Assembly: GCA_910583735.1 (NCBI GenBank)
Contig: CAJTXS010000007.1
Span: forward strand, 1,469 to 65,468
Length of the DNA: 64,000 nt
Direction of reading: 5' to 3'
Origin: an uncultured Christensenella sp.
GTDB taxonomy: Bacteria > Bacillota > Clostridia > Christensenellales > UBA3700
Shown in pieces: positions 9,217 to 18,201 of the stretch. The notes below the pieces were generated by a model that saw only the letters and a program-made list of their open reading frames with translations, did no database searches and was not told where the DNA came from. The position numbers and the translations under genes were made by a program. Every line of letters begins with the position of its first letter. Position 1 is the stretch's first letter.

Positions 9217-11499
9217 ATGAAAGAAAATATTTATAAAAAAAATAAGAGACCGCTTCTGATTAAGATTTTCATAGGTCTAATCATTGCTTTGCTGACGGTA
9301 TGTATCGTGGGTGTGTTGTCTGCCGTATGTATTCTGTATACCGGAAGCGAAAAAATAGACGCGGACAAGCTAATGTCTGCCAATGCTCGCATTACCGTAC
9401 GCAATACGCACGGCGGAGAATTATCTCTGCCCGCGACTTACGATAGAAATATTTCCGCGCAGGACATACCGGAAAATATAAAGAAAGCATTTATATCGTT
9501 GGAGGATAAGAGATTTTATAAGCATCACGGCTTAGATTACGTACGCATAGGCGGCGCAATGATGCATAACGTATCCGCAGGCAAGATGAAAGAGGGCGGC
9601 TCTACCATTTCGCAGCAGTTAATAAAGAACACGCACTTATCCTCCGAAAAAAGTTTTAATCGAAAGATAGAAGAGGCAAGGCTTGCGATACAGCTCGAGA
9701 GACAATACGAGAAGGACGACATACTTGCCATGTATCTTAATGTGCTCTACTTCGGTAGCGGAGTATACGGAGTAAAGAATGCTTCTCGGGTGTTCTTTGA
9801 TAAGGATATATCGCAGATATCAATAGCGGAAAGCGCTATCCTTGCGGGTATTGTCAAGAGTCCTACTAAATATAATCCTATCAATAATTACGACAACTGC
9901 ATGGATAGAAAAGATGTAGTACTCGGCGTAATGCTTAAATGCGATGCTATATCCGACGATGAATACAATGAGGCGAAAAACTGCAATATTACTATAAAAA
10001 AGTATGTAAATGAGAATAATTCAGCCGATAAATATCTAATATCTGCTATGGAAGAGAGTTGCGAAATACTTGGATTGACCATGCAGCAGCTTGTATATGC
10101 CGACTATACCATAGACACATATATGGATAACAACGCTATGAATGCCCTAACCTTATCTGTTGGCAATAAGGCGCTGTATATTGCTAATGAACAAGGTAAT
10201 ATCCCCGACGGAATGGGCATTATCGCAGATAATACAACATGCGGAATAAAGGCGTTCTATGCTAACTGCGATTATTCTCCTCGTACTACACGCAGGCAAC
10301 CGGCATCTACAATCAAGCCTCTGGCCTGTTATCTCCCTGCAATAGAGCAAGGCGTTATTTCTCCCGCCAGTATAATTAAGGATGAGGCAATAGATATCGG
10401 CGGCTATAGTCCGCAAAATTACGGCGGAGAATATTACGGAAATGTTTCGGCTCGATTTGCATTGGAAAAGTCTTTGAACATACCTGCGGTAAAGATAATG
10501 GACAGCATAGGCATAGACTTGAGTTGCGAAATGCTAAAGGCATTGGGTATTCAGTTGGATGCAAAGGATTATAATTATTCCACTGCTCTCGGCGGAATGA
10601 CTTACGGTGTGACGGCGACAGAGCTTATAGGCGGATATATGACGATTGCTAACGGCGGATTATATGCCCGTCCTACTTTTATAAAAAAAATTACTGATAG
10701 TGTCGGAAATGTAATTTATCAACATATATGCGATAAAAAGCGCATTGTATCGCCTCAATCCGCCTATTTGATGACGGATATGCTATCAGGTGTAGTTAAA
10801 CAAGGCACGGCGATTAAGATGTCCGATATAGGGTGTGATATTGCCGCCAAGACAGGGACCGTAGCGTGCAAAAGCGACTCGCAATATAATACCGACGCCT
10901 ATAATATAAGTTATTCCTCGTCGGACACTCTTGCAGTATGGCAAGGTAATCTATGCGGAAAGGCGGAATATATGTTGTCGGGTAAAGTCACTGGCGGCGG
11001 ATGTCCTACTCTAATAGCGGCTTCAGTATACAGACAGCTTTATCACGATGCGTCATCGCTCTCCGGCTTCAGTATGCCGGACGGAATAGCTCAAGTAAAT
11101 CTCGATAAGGTATCTTATGACGAGGGCGAATTGATATTGGCAAGCGAGCTTGCGCCTCAAAGGAGCGTAGTAACCGAGATATTTAATACGTCTAATATGC
11201 CTATGTTGAAGGATACGACATACGATAATCCTTGTCTGAATAATTATAATGTGATATTGGAAAACGATGTATTGCATATTGATATCGAAGCTAATCCCAG
11301 ACTTAACTATAGGATAATTAAGCAATCTCTTTTAACGAGGCAGCAAGCCGTTGCAGAGCTGAATAGCGGAGAAAAGCAATATATAGTAGATGTCGAATAT
11401 ACTCCCGGTTTTTTCGGAGATAAGGTAATTATAATTCCTTACTACCTCGATGACGATAATATAGAACATATAGGTTATCCCGTTCATGTCGCGGGATAA
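9217..11499 (+). CDS. Class A penicillin-binding protein (bifunctional glycosyltransferase/transpeptidase, PBP1A family) with a C-terminal extension of about 150 aa
   Basis: N-terminal TM helix. GT51 motifs EDKRFYKHHGLD, GGSTISQQL, RKIEEA. Transpeptidase SxxK (ASTIKP), SxN (KSLN), KTG (AKTGT). One of only two plus-strand genes. Confidence 0.92.
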   Translation: MKENIYKKNKRPLLIKIFIGLIIALLTVCIVGVLSAVCILYTGSEKIDADKLMSANARITVRNTHGGELSLPATYDRNISAQDIPENIKKAFISLEDKRFYKHHGLDYVRIGGAMMHNVSAGKMKEGGSTISQQLIKNTHLSSEKSFNRKIEEARLAIQLERQYEKDDILAMYLNVLYFGSGVYGVKNASRVFFDKDISQISIAESAILAGIVKSPTKYNPINNYDNCMDRKDVVLGVMLKCDAISDDEYNEAKNCNITIKKYVNENNSADKYLISAMEESCEILGLTMQQLVYADYTIDTYMDNNAMNALTLSVGNKALYIANEQGNIPDGMGIIADNTTCGIKAFYANCDYSPRTTRRQPASTIKPLACYLPAIEQGVISPASIIKDEAIDIGGYSPQNYGGEYYGNVSARFALEKSLNIPAVKIMDSIGIDLSCEMLKALGIQLDAKDYNYSTALGGMTYGVTATELIGGYMTIANGGLYARPTFIKKITDSVGNVIYQHICDKKRIVSPQSAYLMTDMLSGVVKQGTAIKMSDIGCDIAAKTGTVACKSDSQYNTDAYNISYSSSDTLAVWQGNLCGKAEYMLSGKVTGGGCPTLIAASVYRQLYHDASSLSGFSMPDGIAQVNLDKVSYDEGELILASELAPQRSVVTEIFNTSNMPMLKDTTYDNPCLNNYNVILENDVLHIDIEANPRLNYRIIKQSLLTRQQAVAELNSGEKQYIVDVEYTPGFFGDKVIIIPYYLDDDNIEHIGYPVHVAG

Positions 11500-11531
11500 C
11501 CTATATAAAACGCTCGAGATAGAATTAAATA

Positions 11532-11563
11532 GGCTTAATTATTCTTAATTAAGCCGTATTTTA
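11532..11563. terminator. Bidirectional terminator between convergent PBP gene and sigF
   Basis: Perfect 10-bp AT-rich stem GGCTTAATTA-ttct-TAATTAAGCC, followed by GTATTTTAT on the plus strand and TATTTAATT on the minus strand. Confidence 0.55.
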
Positions 11564-11651
11564 TAATTAATTAAAGGGTTTTTAGATGTTGGATCCTTTT
11601 GTATTACCAATCGTTGCTATTGTGTATTATTGACTGCGACTTCTCTGCCGA

Positions 11652-11683
11652 TTGTATATCAGGCAAGTTGTATATCAGGCAAG
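11652..11683. repeat. Perfect 16-bp tandem duplication spanning the sigF stop codon
   Basis: TTGTATATCAGGCAAG occurs twice back to back (11652-11667 and 11668-11683). The second copy contains the last sigF codons and the TGA stop. The first copy is a duplicate in the 3' UTR. Confidence 0.9.
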
Positions 11684-12391
11684 ATGTCGCCGCATCATAT
11701 TAAGGACCTTTGTTTCTATGCGCGATACCTGTACTTGCGATACTCCGAGCACAGACGCGATTTCGCTCTGCGTCTTATCTCTGTAATAGCGCAGAATAAT
11801 TACGGTCTTTTCTCTCTCCGGTAACTCCTCAAGCAGTTTCTTAAGTAAGATTTTGTCAATAAGTTCGTCGCTGTCGTCTTCAGACGGCAACTTATCCATT
11901 ACGCACTGCCCGCTCTCATCGTCATATTTCTCATACAGCGATACGGGATACTTATTGCTGTCCATTGCAAATATTATCTCTTGCCGGTCTACTTCGAAGT
12001 ATTCGGCTAAATGTTCGATACTTGGCGAATGTCCGTTAAGTTGCAGATAGTCATCCATATAAGCGTGCAATTTGGTAGACAGAGTCTTGAGCGCGCGACT
12101 TACCTTCACTGCGCCATCGTCGCGAATAAACCTTTTAATCTCACCTGCTATCATAGGGACTGCATAGGTAGAAAACTTAACGCCATATGACGCGTCGAAA
12201 TTGTTGATAGCCTTAACTAACCCCATACAGCCCAGTTGCATGAGATCCTCGTAGTCAATCTGAGCATTCTTATAGCGCTTTACGATGCTTTTAATCAGTG
12301 GAAGATTGGAAGTAATCAGCGTAGCCTTACTATCGTCGTCTCCCTTTTGAGCATTCTCAATCAGCTTGATTGTGTCCTCGTGTGCCAACAT
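11675..12391 (-). CDS. sigF: Sporulation sigma factor SigF
   Basis: 238 aa. Sigma-70 region 2 (YEDLMQLGCMGLVKAINNFD; FSTYAVPMIAGEIKRF) and region 4 HTH (SQSEIASVLGVSQVQVSRIE). Third gene of a spoIIAA-spoIIAB-sigF operon. The ATG has AGAGG 8 nt upstream and lies 35 nt inside spoIIAB. Confidence 0.93.
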   Translation of the reverse strand: MLAHEDTIKLIENAQKGDDDSKATLITSNLPLIKSIVKRYKNAQIDYEDLMQLGCMGLVKAINNFDASYGVKFSTYAVPMIAGEIKRFIRDDGAVKVSRALKTLSTKLHAYMDDYLQLNGHSPSIEHLAEYFEVDRQEIIFAMDSNKYPVSLYEKYDDESGQCVMDKLPSEDDSDELIDKILLKKLLEELPEREKTVIILRYYRDKTQSEIASVLGVSQVQVSRIETKVLNMMRRHLA

Positions 12392-12818
12392 CTTTCTGAC
12401 CTCTGATAATTTTAGTCATAGTGACCGTCGTGCCCCTATCTGCCGAAGAAGTAACTGCCACATCGTCCATGAAAGTACGCATTAACGTAAAGCCCATTCC
12501 GCTTCTTTCTTGCTCCGGCTTAGTGGTAAAGAAAGGTTCCATAGCTTTATCTACGTCTTCGATGCCCCGTCCGTTGTCGGATACGGTGATTATGGCGGTA
12601 TTATTTCCGTCGATTGCGACACTTAGGTCTATGTATTGGCTTTCATCTCCTTCATAGCCGTGCACTATGCTGTTGGTAACTGCTTCGGATACGGCAGTTT
12701 TGATATCGTTAATCTCTTCGATTGTAGGATTGAGCGATACGCAAAATGCTGCGACGCACGATCTTGCAAAGGCTTCGTTGGAACTGATTGCGCTGAGTTT
12801 CATATCGAATCTATTCAT
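12357..12818 (-). CDS. spoIIAB: Anti-sigma F factor (serine kinase) SpoIIAB
   Basis: 153 aa. GHKL kinase motifs VSEAVTNSIVHGY, DNGRGI, GMGFTLM. N-terminus is colinear with Bacillus SpoIIAB (LSAISSNEAFAR). Confidence 0.93.
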   Translation of the reverse strand: MNRFDMKLSAISSNEAFARSCVAAFCVSLNPTIEEINDIKTAVSEAVTNSIVHGYEGDESQYIDLSVAIDGNNTAIITVSDNGRGIEDVDKAMEPFFTTKPEQERSGMGFTLMRTFMDDVAVTSSADRGTTVTMTKIIRGQKDVGTRGHNQAD

Positions 12819-12827
12819 AATTACCTC

Positions 12828-13136
12828 TTATATAGCTATCTTTTTCATAATTGTATACATTCCGCTCATTGACATAATTCTGTCAATATGAGAATGCGGA
12901 TTGGCAATATATATATTCTTTCCCATGGCTTTAAGTTTTTTGTAGCGGCCTAGCAACATGCCTATGCCTGTACTGTCCATAAACGATACGTCTTGGAAGT
13001 CGAATACTACATTATTGCCCGTATGGGACAGTTGTGCGTCGAGTTGAGTTCTGAGCGCAGATGCGCAGCTCTCGTCAAGCTCCCCACGCAACGTTATGAC
13101 GGTATAAATCCCTTTAGATGAAATTATCGATTGCAT
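12828..13136 (-). CDS. spoIIAA: Anti-sigma F factor antagonist SpoIIAA (STAS domain)
   Basis: 102 aa. STAS fold with the phosphorylatable serine context SFMDSTGIGMLLGRYKK. First gene of the operon. Confidence 0.92.
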   Translation of the reverse strand: MQSIISSKGIYTVITLRGELDESCASALRTQLDAQLSHTGNNVVFDFQDVSFMDSTGIGMLLGRYKKLKAMGKNIYIANPHSHIDRIMSMSGMYTIMKKIAI

Positions 13137-13163
13137 AAATATATCTGCTCCTGTTAGTTGCAG

Positions 13164-13193
13164 ATATAAGTGTAATGTATGTTAAATGTCGAA
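13164..13193 (-). promoter_or_regulatory. Candidate spoIIA promoter overlapping a perfect Spo0A box
   Basis: Minus strand: TCGACA (-35-like) - 17 nt - TTATAT (-10-like), ending about 27 nt before the SD AGGAG. The plus-strand heptamer TGTCGAA (13187-13193) equals the 0A-box consensus TGNCGAA. Confidence 0.4.
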
Positions 13194-13743
13194 AAAATTC
13201 TATCTATAGCTCGCTATGCGCTATATTATAAAGATGTAGACTATAATATCTAATAAATATTTTTATTATATATCGGTTCGCAGTATCGTAAATGTAATGT
13301 AGAGGCGGTTGAATATTATTAAGATATTAAGGTAGTGTATTATAGGAAATTACGCAATATAATGCTGCGTAGCGATAGCGAAACAGATATGGCTGAAGGA
13401 ATAAAGTATTTCTTTGTTGTGCAATTTTAACAAGAAAGGAGTTAAAGTATAATAAGAAATTAAATATTGAGCTTTAGCGGTCACTATAACTATGCTGTAT
13501 AAGTTTCTCGGCATATATACGAATATGCCTTCAGATTATGCGTCGCGGAATTTTGCGTATCGCTCAGTCATACCGAAGTGATTAACGATATAAAAACTGC
13601 CGCGTTAATAATAAATTTTAGAGAGAAAAAGTATTATTAATGTCTTAGCTTAAAAATGAAAACAATATCAAACTTAGGCACATGAAAATCAAACCGAATG
13701 ACGTTGCATAGTCAAAACTCGTTAATAATCATAATAAACTGAG

Positions 13744-13786
13744 TAAAAAATAAATCTATACGAATGAATATACTCATATAGATTTA
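13744..13786 (-). terminator. Rho-independent terminator of the 143-aa orphan gene
   Basis: Minus strand TAAATCTATA-(16 nt loop)-TATAGATTTA followed by TTTTTT. Located 36 nt after the stop at 13822. Confidence 0.55.
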
Positions 13787-13821
13787 TATAATATAGAAAG
13801 TCTGATTAATTTTGTCGATAG

Positions 13822-14253
13822 CTAAATGCTGCCGGTTACAATATTGTAGAGCTCGCTCATATTGCCTTTATTTAAGTTATAGTAAAAGCATCTGCCCTCA
13901 TATCTGCCGCCATTACCTCTTATCAGATTATATCCGCAATCGTCAGGATGGAGTTGAACAAGCAATCTGTCGAACGGCATACCGTTGTGCGAATTGGTAT
14001 CATTATAGTTAAATGCCAGCCACACACCTTTCTCAAGCTCTTTGACCGTTAAGTCATGAATGCTTACGCCGAATGCGGGCATTTCATAGCCGTCCTTGTT
14101 CATCGCAGATAAGGCGCTAATCAATTGCTTAAATCCTTCGCTACCCTTGTCATAAGACGCTGCGACTTTACCTTCGGACATAATCTCTATATTGTCCGCA
14201 ATTGCCAGACTGGCATCTATCTGTGCTTCATATTCTGTCATATAAAAATACAT
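13822..14253 (-). CDS. Hypothetical protein (143 aa), no recognisable motif
   Basis: ORF only. It is a monocistronic unit between two long AT-rich spacers and has its own terminator at 13744-13786. AGGAG lies 1 nt before the first ATG and 13 nt before Met5, so the start is uncertain. Confidence 0.55.
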   Translation of the reverse strand: MYFYMTEYEAQIDASLAIADNIEIMSEGKVAASYDKGSEGFKQLISALSAMNKDGYEMPAFGVSIHDLTVKELEKGVWLAFNYNDTNSHNGMPFDRLLVQLHPDDCGYNLIRGNGGRYEGRCFYYNLNKGNMSELYNIVTGSI

Positions 14254-14675
14254 ACTCCTATGATGTGATTTTTTAACTATAATATACGTGTATATATACT
14301 TAATTATATAGCTGCATAGTAATTTATGTCAAACTAATCAATTAGAGAGCGATATACGCTCTTAGTTAGTATCGAAAAGCAATTTTATAGACTTCAAACA
14401 GGCAAAAATTATGCTAAGAAAATGCAATCTGTCTTGCTAATGGTAATAATTATTTATATCTTCTTAACGGAAAAGTGTACGACTATCATACCGATAAATT
14501 ATTTATAGTCGTACTCAACATATTTTTTTATTCACGGCATATCGACAGTATCGGCGCATTACGATAATGATTCAACAGTTGTGTCCTCCTAAGTCTGTAA
14601 AATGTCTAAATGCAACGCATAAGCTCTTTGTTTAGACATTATAAAGGCTATGTGACATTATTAATTATTTTACAT

Positions 14676-14707
14676 AATAAAAAATCCGCCTTAAAGTAAA
14701 GCGGATT
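14676..14707 (-). terminator. Rho-independent terminator after efp
   Basis: Minus strand AATCCGC-(11 nt)-GCGGATT followed by TTTTATTATG. The plus strand also has GTTTTAT after the stem, so it may act in both directions. Confidence 0.6.
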
Positions 14708-14737
14708 GTTTTATATGCATTTGATGTCTTAGATGAA

Positions 14738-15304
14738 TTAGACCCTCGACATGTAGCTACCTGTACGGGTATCGATACGGATAACATCTTCCTCATTGAC
14801 AAACAAGGGGACATTGACTACGTAACCTGTCTCGAGAGTTGCGGGCTTGGTAGCGCCGGTAGCGGTGTTGCCCTTAGCGCCGGGCTCGCAGTGAACTATC
14901 TTAAGCTCTACGAAGTTGGGAGCTTCCACTGAGAAAGCGCTGCCGTTGTAGAAGTTGACGCTCACCTCGCCGTTCTCGCTGACGAACTTGAGCGCGTCCT
15001 CGCATACATCCTTATTAAGAGGAAGCATGTCAAAAGTCTCGGGATCCATGAAGTAGTACAAATCGTCGTCGTTGTAAGAATAAGTCATAGTCTTACGCTG
15101 AATGTGCGCGGTGGGATATTTATCCGAAGGGTTGAAGGTAATTTCCACTACGCCGCCGGATATAACGTTGCGGAGCTTGGTACGCACGAAAGCTGCGCCT
15201 TTACCGGGCTTAACGTGTAAAAAATCTACGACGGTATAAACTTTACCGTCCATTTCGAAAGTAATTCCCTTTCTGAAATCACCTGCCATAATGAAATCTG
15301 CCAT
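14738..15304 (-). CDS. efp: Elongation factor P
   Basis: 188 aa with [18 protein letters not shown] (modified-lysine loop). GGAGG sits 5 nt upstream of the ATG. A second in-frame ATGGCAG lies 15 nt downstream (short 5' duplication). Confidence 0.96.
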   Translation of the reverse strand: MADFIMAGDFRKGITFEMDGKVYTVVDFLHVKPGKGAAFVRTKLRNVISGGVVEITFNPSDKYPTAHIQRKTMTYSYNDDDLYYFMDPETFDMLPLNKDVCEDALKFVSENGEVSVNFYNGSAFSVEAPNFVELKIVHCEPGAKGNTATGATKPATLETGYVVNVPLFVNEEDVIRIDTRTGSYMSRV

Positions 15305-15333
15305 AATAACCTCCGCGACCGATTTGTTAATAA

Positions 15334-16422
15334 TTAATTGCCGTCTATTATAATAAGGGATTTGGACGACTTTGTCAAATTATAAGCGCCCTCTTCGGTA
15401 ATTTTTAACATATCTTCTATTCTTACGCCGAATTTACCCGGTATATATACGCCCGGCTCAATTGTAATTACCGTACCCGAAAGCAATGGTTTACTATTGC
15501 GCGCAGATAATACGGGCTCCTCATGGATATCTATGCCTACGCTGTGCCCTAACGAATGAGTAAAGAATTCGCCGTATCCGCAGCTTGTAAGATAGTCTCT
15601 AGCCTCTTTATCTACGTCGCAGCCGCTCTTTCCTGCGCGCAATGCGCTTATACCTATAATATTTGCCCTAAGCACGCTGTCGTATACTTTTCGCATTTCG
15701 GCATCCGCAGAGCCGAATGCCAAGGTGCGCGTCATGTCGCTGCAGTATCCGTTAAGTTTTGCTCCGAAGTCCATTGTTACGAATTCGCCGTCTTTAAGTT
15801 GCCTAAATGAGGGATGAGCATGCGGACAAGCCGTGTTCTCGCCGAAAGCGACTATCGTGTCGAACGCGGTGCGAGCGCCCATACTGTTGATTAAGTAATC
15901 CAGTCTCGCAGCTATCTCTATCTCGCTGACGCCGCGCTTAATATAATGCTTAATTTCCTTAAAGGCACTGTCTGTGATGGACTGAGAGCGCTCAATCGCC
16001 TTTATTTCACATTCCGATTTTACTGCTCTTATCTTAGATATAACGCTGTGAATGGGGATGAGTAATCGAGTGTCGCTCTTGCCGTCATACGTATAATCGT
16101 TAAATGTATTTACTGTCAAAAGAAATTGCGAATAAGAGATATCTTCGTCAATTCCGATGCGTTTTAATCCGCGCAGGTGCTTATATATATCGCCGATATT
16201 GCCGTCTACTATCTCATATACATCTCCCAATAATGCGGAGAGCTCGGTAGTATAACGCTTGTCAGTAAATATATATCTGCTATTACTATCTATAACAATG
16301 ATAATATCGCTTGAGGTATAGCCTGTAAGATAAAGCGTATCGGACGGCGAAGATATTATCAACGCATCGCAATCGCATGCGGCATACAGATTATTTATTA
16401 TTGATATATAATGCTCTTTCAT
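15334..16422 (-). CDS. M24B family Xaa-Pro aminopeptidase
   Basis: 362 aa. Pita-bread metal ligands in [44 protein letters not shown]. The pairing with efp is conserved. Confidence 0.9.
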   Translation of the reverse strand: MKEHYISIINNLYAACDCDALIISSPSDTLYLTGYTSSDIIIVIDSNSRYIFTDKRYTTELSALLGDVYEIVDGNIGDIYKHLRGLKRIGIDEDISYSQFLLTVNTFNDYTYDGKSDTRLLIPIHSVISKIRAVKSECEIKAIERSQSITDSAFKEIKHYIKRGVSEIEIAARLDYLINSMGARTAFDTIVAFGENTACPHAHPSFRQLKDGEFVTMDFGAKLNGYCSDMTRTLAFGSADAEMRKVYDSVLRANIIGISALRAGKSGCDVDKEARDYLTSCGYGEFFTHSLGHSVGIDIHEEPVLSARNSKPLLSGTVITIEPGVYIPGKFGVRIEDMLKITEEGAYNLTKSSKSLIIIDGN

Positions 16423-16438
16423 ACTACGGTAAAATCAC

Positions 16439-17290
16439 TTAATTATTATATGAATAATAGTAGTTTTTCATTGTTAGGGCGTCTGCCGTCTGTGTTCCCG
16501 CGCTCTCGCACACAATATACGGGGAAAGTTTATAGTCGAACAATACTTCGAGCAACGGCTCGTAGGGAGGACCGAATACATCATCTTCGAATGTCAAATG
16601 CCGCAGCTCGCCCTTAGATGTGTATTGAATCTTTGAAAAGTGAACATGCATCATGTTGCATTTATCGATGCCGACTCCCTCTATAAGCGTATCGATGGTG
16701 CGCTTGTAGTCGTCCTTATTGTGATAAATACCGCAGTCTCTTGCGTTAAGGTGTCCGAAGTCGATACACGGGATAAATGTGTCGTGAAGCGAACACATTG
16801 AGATTACTTCGTCCAGTGTCCCGAGCTGGGCGACTTTACCCATTGTCTCTATACAAAGATAGCTATCGTTGTAGCCATATTGCTCTTTAAGCAATGCCAC
16901 CTTCTCCAGTCGACGCATGAGCACGCCCATAGCGTCGCTACGCGCCGCCTTTAGCGGCGAGCCGGGATGAATTACGCACCTTTTGCCGCCGAATGCGCTA
17001 AGCGCGGCAAAGGAATCGAAGATATACCTATGATTATTCTCCGCTTTATCCTCCTCGACGGTTGCGAGATTGATAAAATAAGGCGCATGTACGGACAGCT
17101 CTATACCGCAAGCGGAGAATTCCTCTCCGATGGCTCTTGCCGTATCTTCTTTAATCTGTACTCCTCTGCCGAAAGAATACTCAAAACAATCGAGATTAAG
17201 CGACTTCAGCCATGCGGCAGCCTGTATTGTCTTAGTATACCCTAATTGCGCGAACTGCTCGCAGCAGCCGCTCGGTCCGAATTTAATCAT
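16439..17290 (-). CDS. AP endonuclease family 2 / xylose-isomerase-like TIM-barrel protein (endonuclease IV-like)
   Basis: 283 aa. The pattern SVHAPYFINL ... CVIHPGS ... LCIETMG ... CIDFGHLNA ... HVHFS resembles the Nfo-type metal-ligand layout. The exact function cannot be inferred. Confidence 0.65.
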   Translation of the reverse strand: MIKFGPSGCCEQFAQLGYTKTIQAAAWLKSLNLDCFEYSFGRGVQIKEDTARAIGEEFSACGIELSVHAPYFINLATVEEDKAENNHRYIFDSFAALSAFGGKRCVIHPGSPLKAARSDAMGVLMRRLEKVALLKEQYGYNDSYLCIETMGKVAQLGTLDEVISMCSLHDTFIPCIDFGHLNARDCGIYHNKDDYKRTIDTLIEGVGIDKCNMMHVHFSKIQYTSKGELRHLTFEDDVFGPPYEPLLEVLFDYKLSPYIVCESAGTQTADALTMKNYYYSYNN

Positions 17291-18201
17291 ATTTTTATCG
17301 AATTAATCGCGCATTTTACATCGGAGTTCAACTGCGCTATTAATGCCTCCTTGGAAGTAAATTTTGATATTGCTCTAATCCTCTTGATAAAGTATACGGC
17401 AATTATGCGTCCGTATAAATCACCGTCGTATCCAATAATATATGTCTCGACATTATTTGTATAATCATTAAACGTAGGGTGCGTCCCGACATTGGTTATG
17501 CCCTTATATACGCCGCCGTCGATGCGGACCAGACTGCAATATACGCCGTCCGCTATCAGTTCTTTTTCCGACGGCGTGTTAAAGTTGGCTGTAGGGAATC
17601 CAAGCAATCTACCTTGATGTCTGCCGTGAATCACCTTACCCGTAATAAAATAAGGAAGCGGCATGAGCTCGTTGACGCGCTCGACATTTCCCGCCTTAAG
17701 GTAGGCGCGAATATCTCTTGACGCTATCTTGCGATTGTCGATATAGGTAATGGGAACTATTTGCAATGAGACATCGGTATGCTTAAGATAATCCTTAAGC
17801 GTATCTATATTGCCTACTCTGCCTGCTCCGAAAGTATAATCCTCTCCGACGACTATTGCCTTAATATTAAATCCGCTTATTAACGTATCGATGAACTTTT
17901 TTGCAGGCATGGACATGAATTGCTCATCGTAACGGGCGTGTATAACTGTATTGATGCACAATTCTTCGGCTCGTATAAGACGCTCGGAATAAGTAAGGAC
18001 AAGTTTTGATCCGACGCACAAATAATCCGCTGGATTATTATCGAAAGTAAACAGCGCGGGATATGCGTTATATGCTTTGCATAATTCTATTGCATTATCA
18101 ATCAATGCCTTATGTCCGTAATGCAGACTGTCGAAGAAGCCGAGGCAAAGTACGAGCGGTCTGTCGAATTTATTGAATATATCTACCGAATTTATTCCCA
18201 T
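17287..18201 (-). CDS. ribF: Bifunctional riboflavin kinase / FMN adenylyltransferase
   Basis: 304 aa. N-terminal nucleotidyltransferase GFFDSLHYGH. C-terminal kinase GRLLGFPTAN and GTHPTF. Confidence 0.94.
   Translation of the reverse strand: MGINSVDIFNKFDRPLVLCLGFFDSLHYGHKALIDNAIELCKAYNAYPALFTFDNNPADYLCVGSKLVLTYSERLIRAEELCINTVIHARYDEQFMSMPAKKFIDTLISGFNIKAIVVGEDYTFGAGRVGNIDTLKDYLKHTDVSLQIVPITYIDNRKIASRDIRAYLKAGNVERVNELMPLPYFITGKVIHGRHQGRLLGFPTANFNTPSEKELIADGVYCSLVRIDGGVYKGITNVGTHPTFNDYTNNVETYIIGYDGDLYGRIIAVYFIKRIRAISKFTSKEALIAQLNSDVKCAINSIKI

Noticed and set aside
12357-12391. 35-nt overlap between spoIIAB and sigF, as a possible mis-called start or frameshift.
   Set aside because: The sigF ATG has an AGAGG SD at 8 nt and gives a normal SigF N-terminus. 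SpoIIAB simply has a slightly longer C-terminal tail. Overlapping, translationally coupled genes are common in this window (truB/ribF, rbfA/DHH, recX/nnr).
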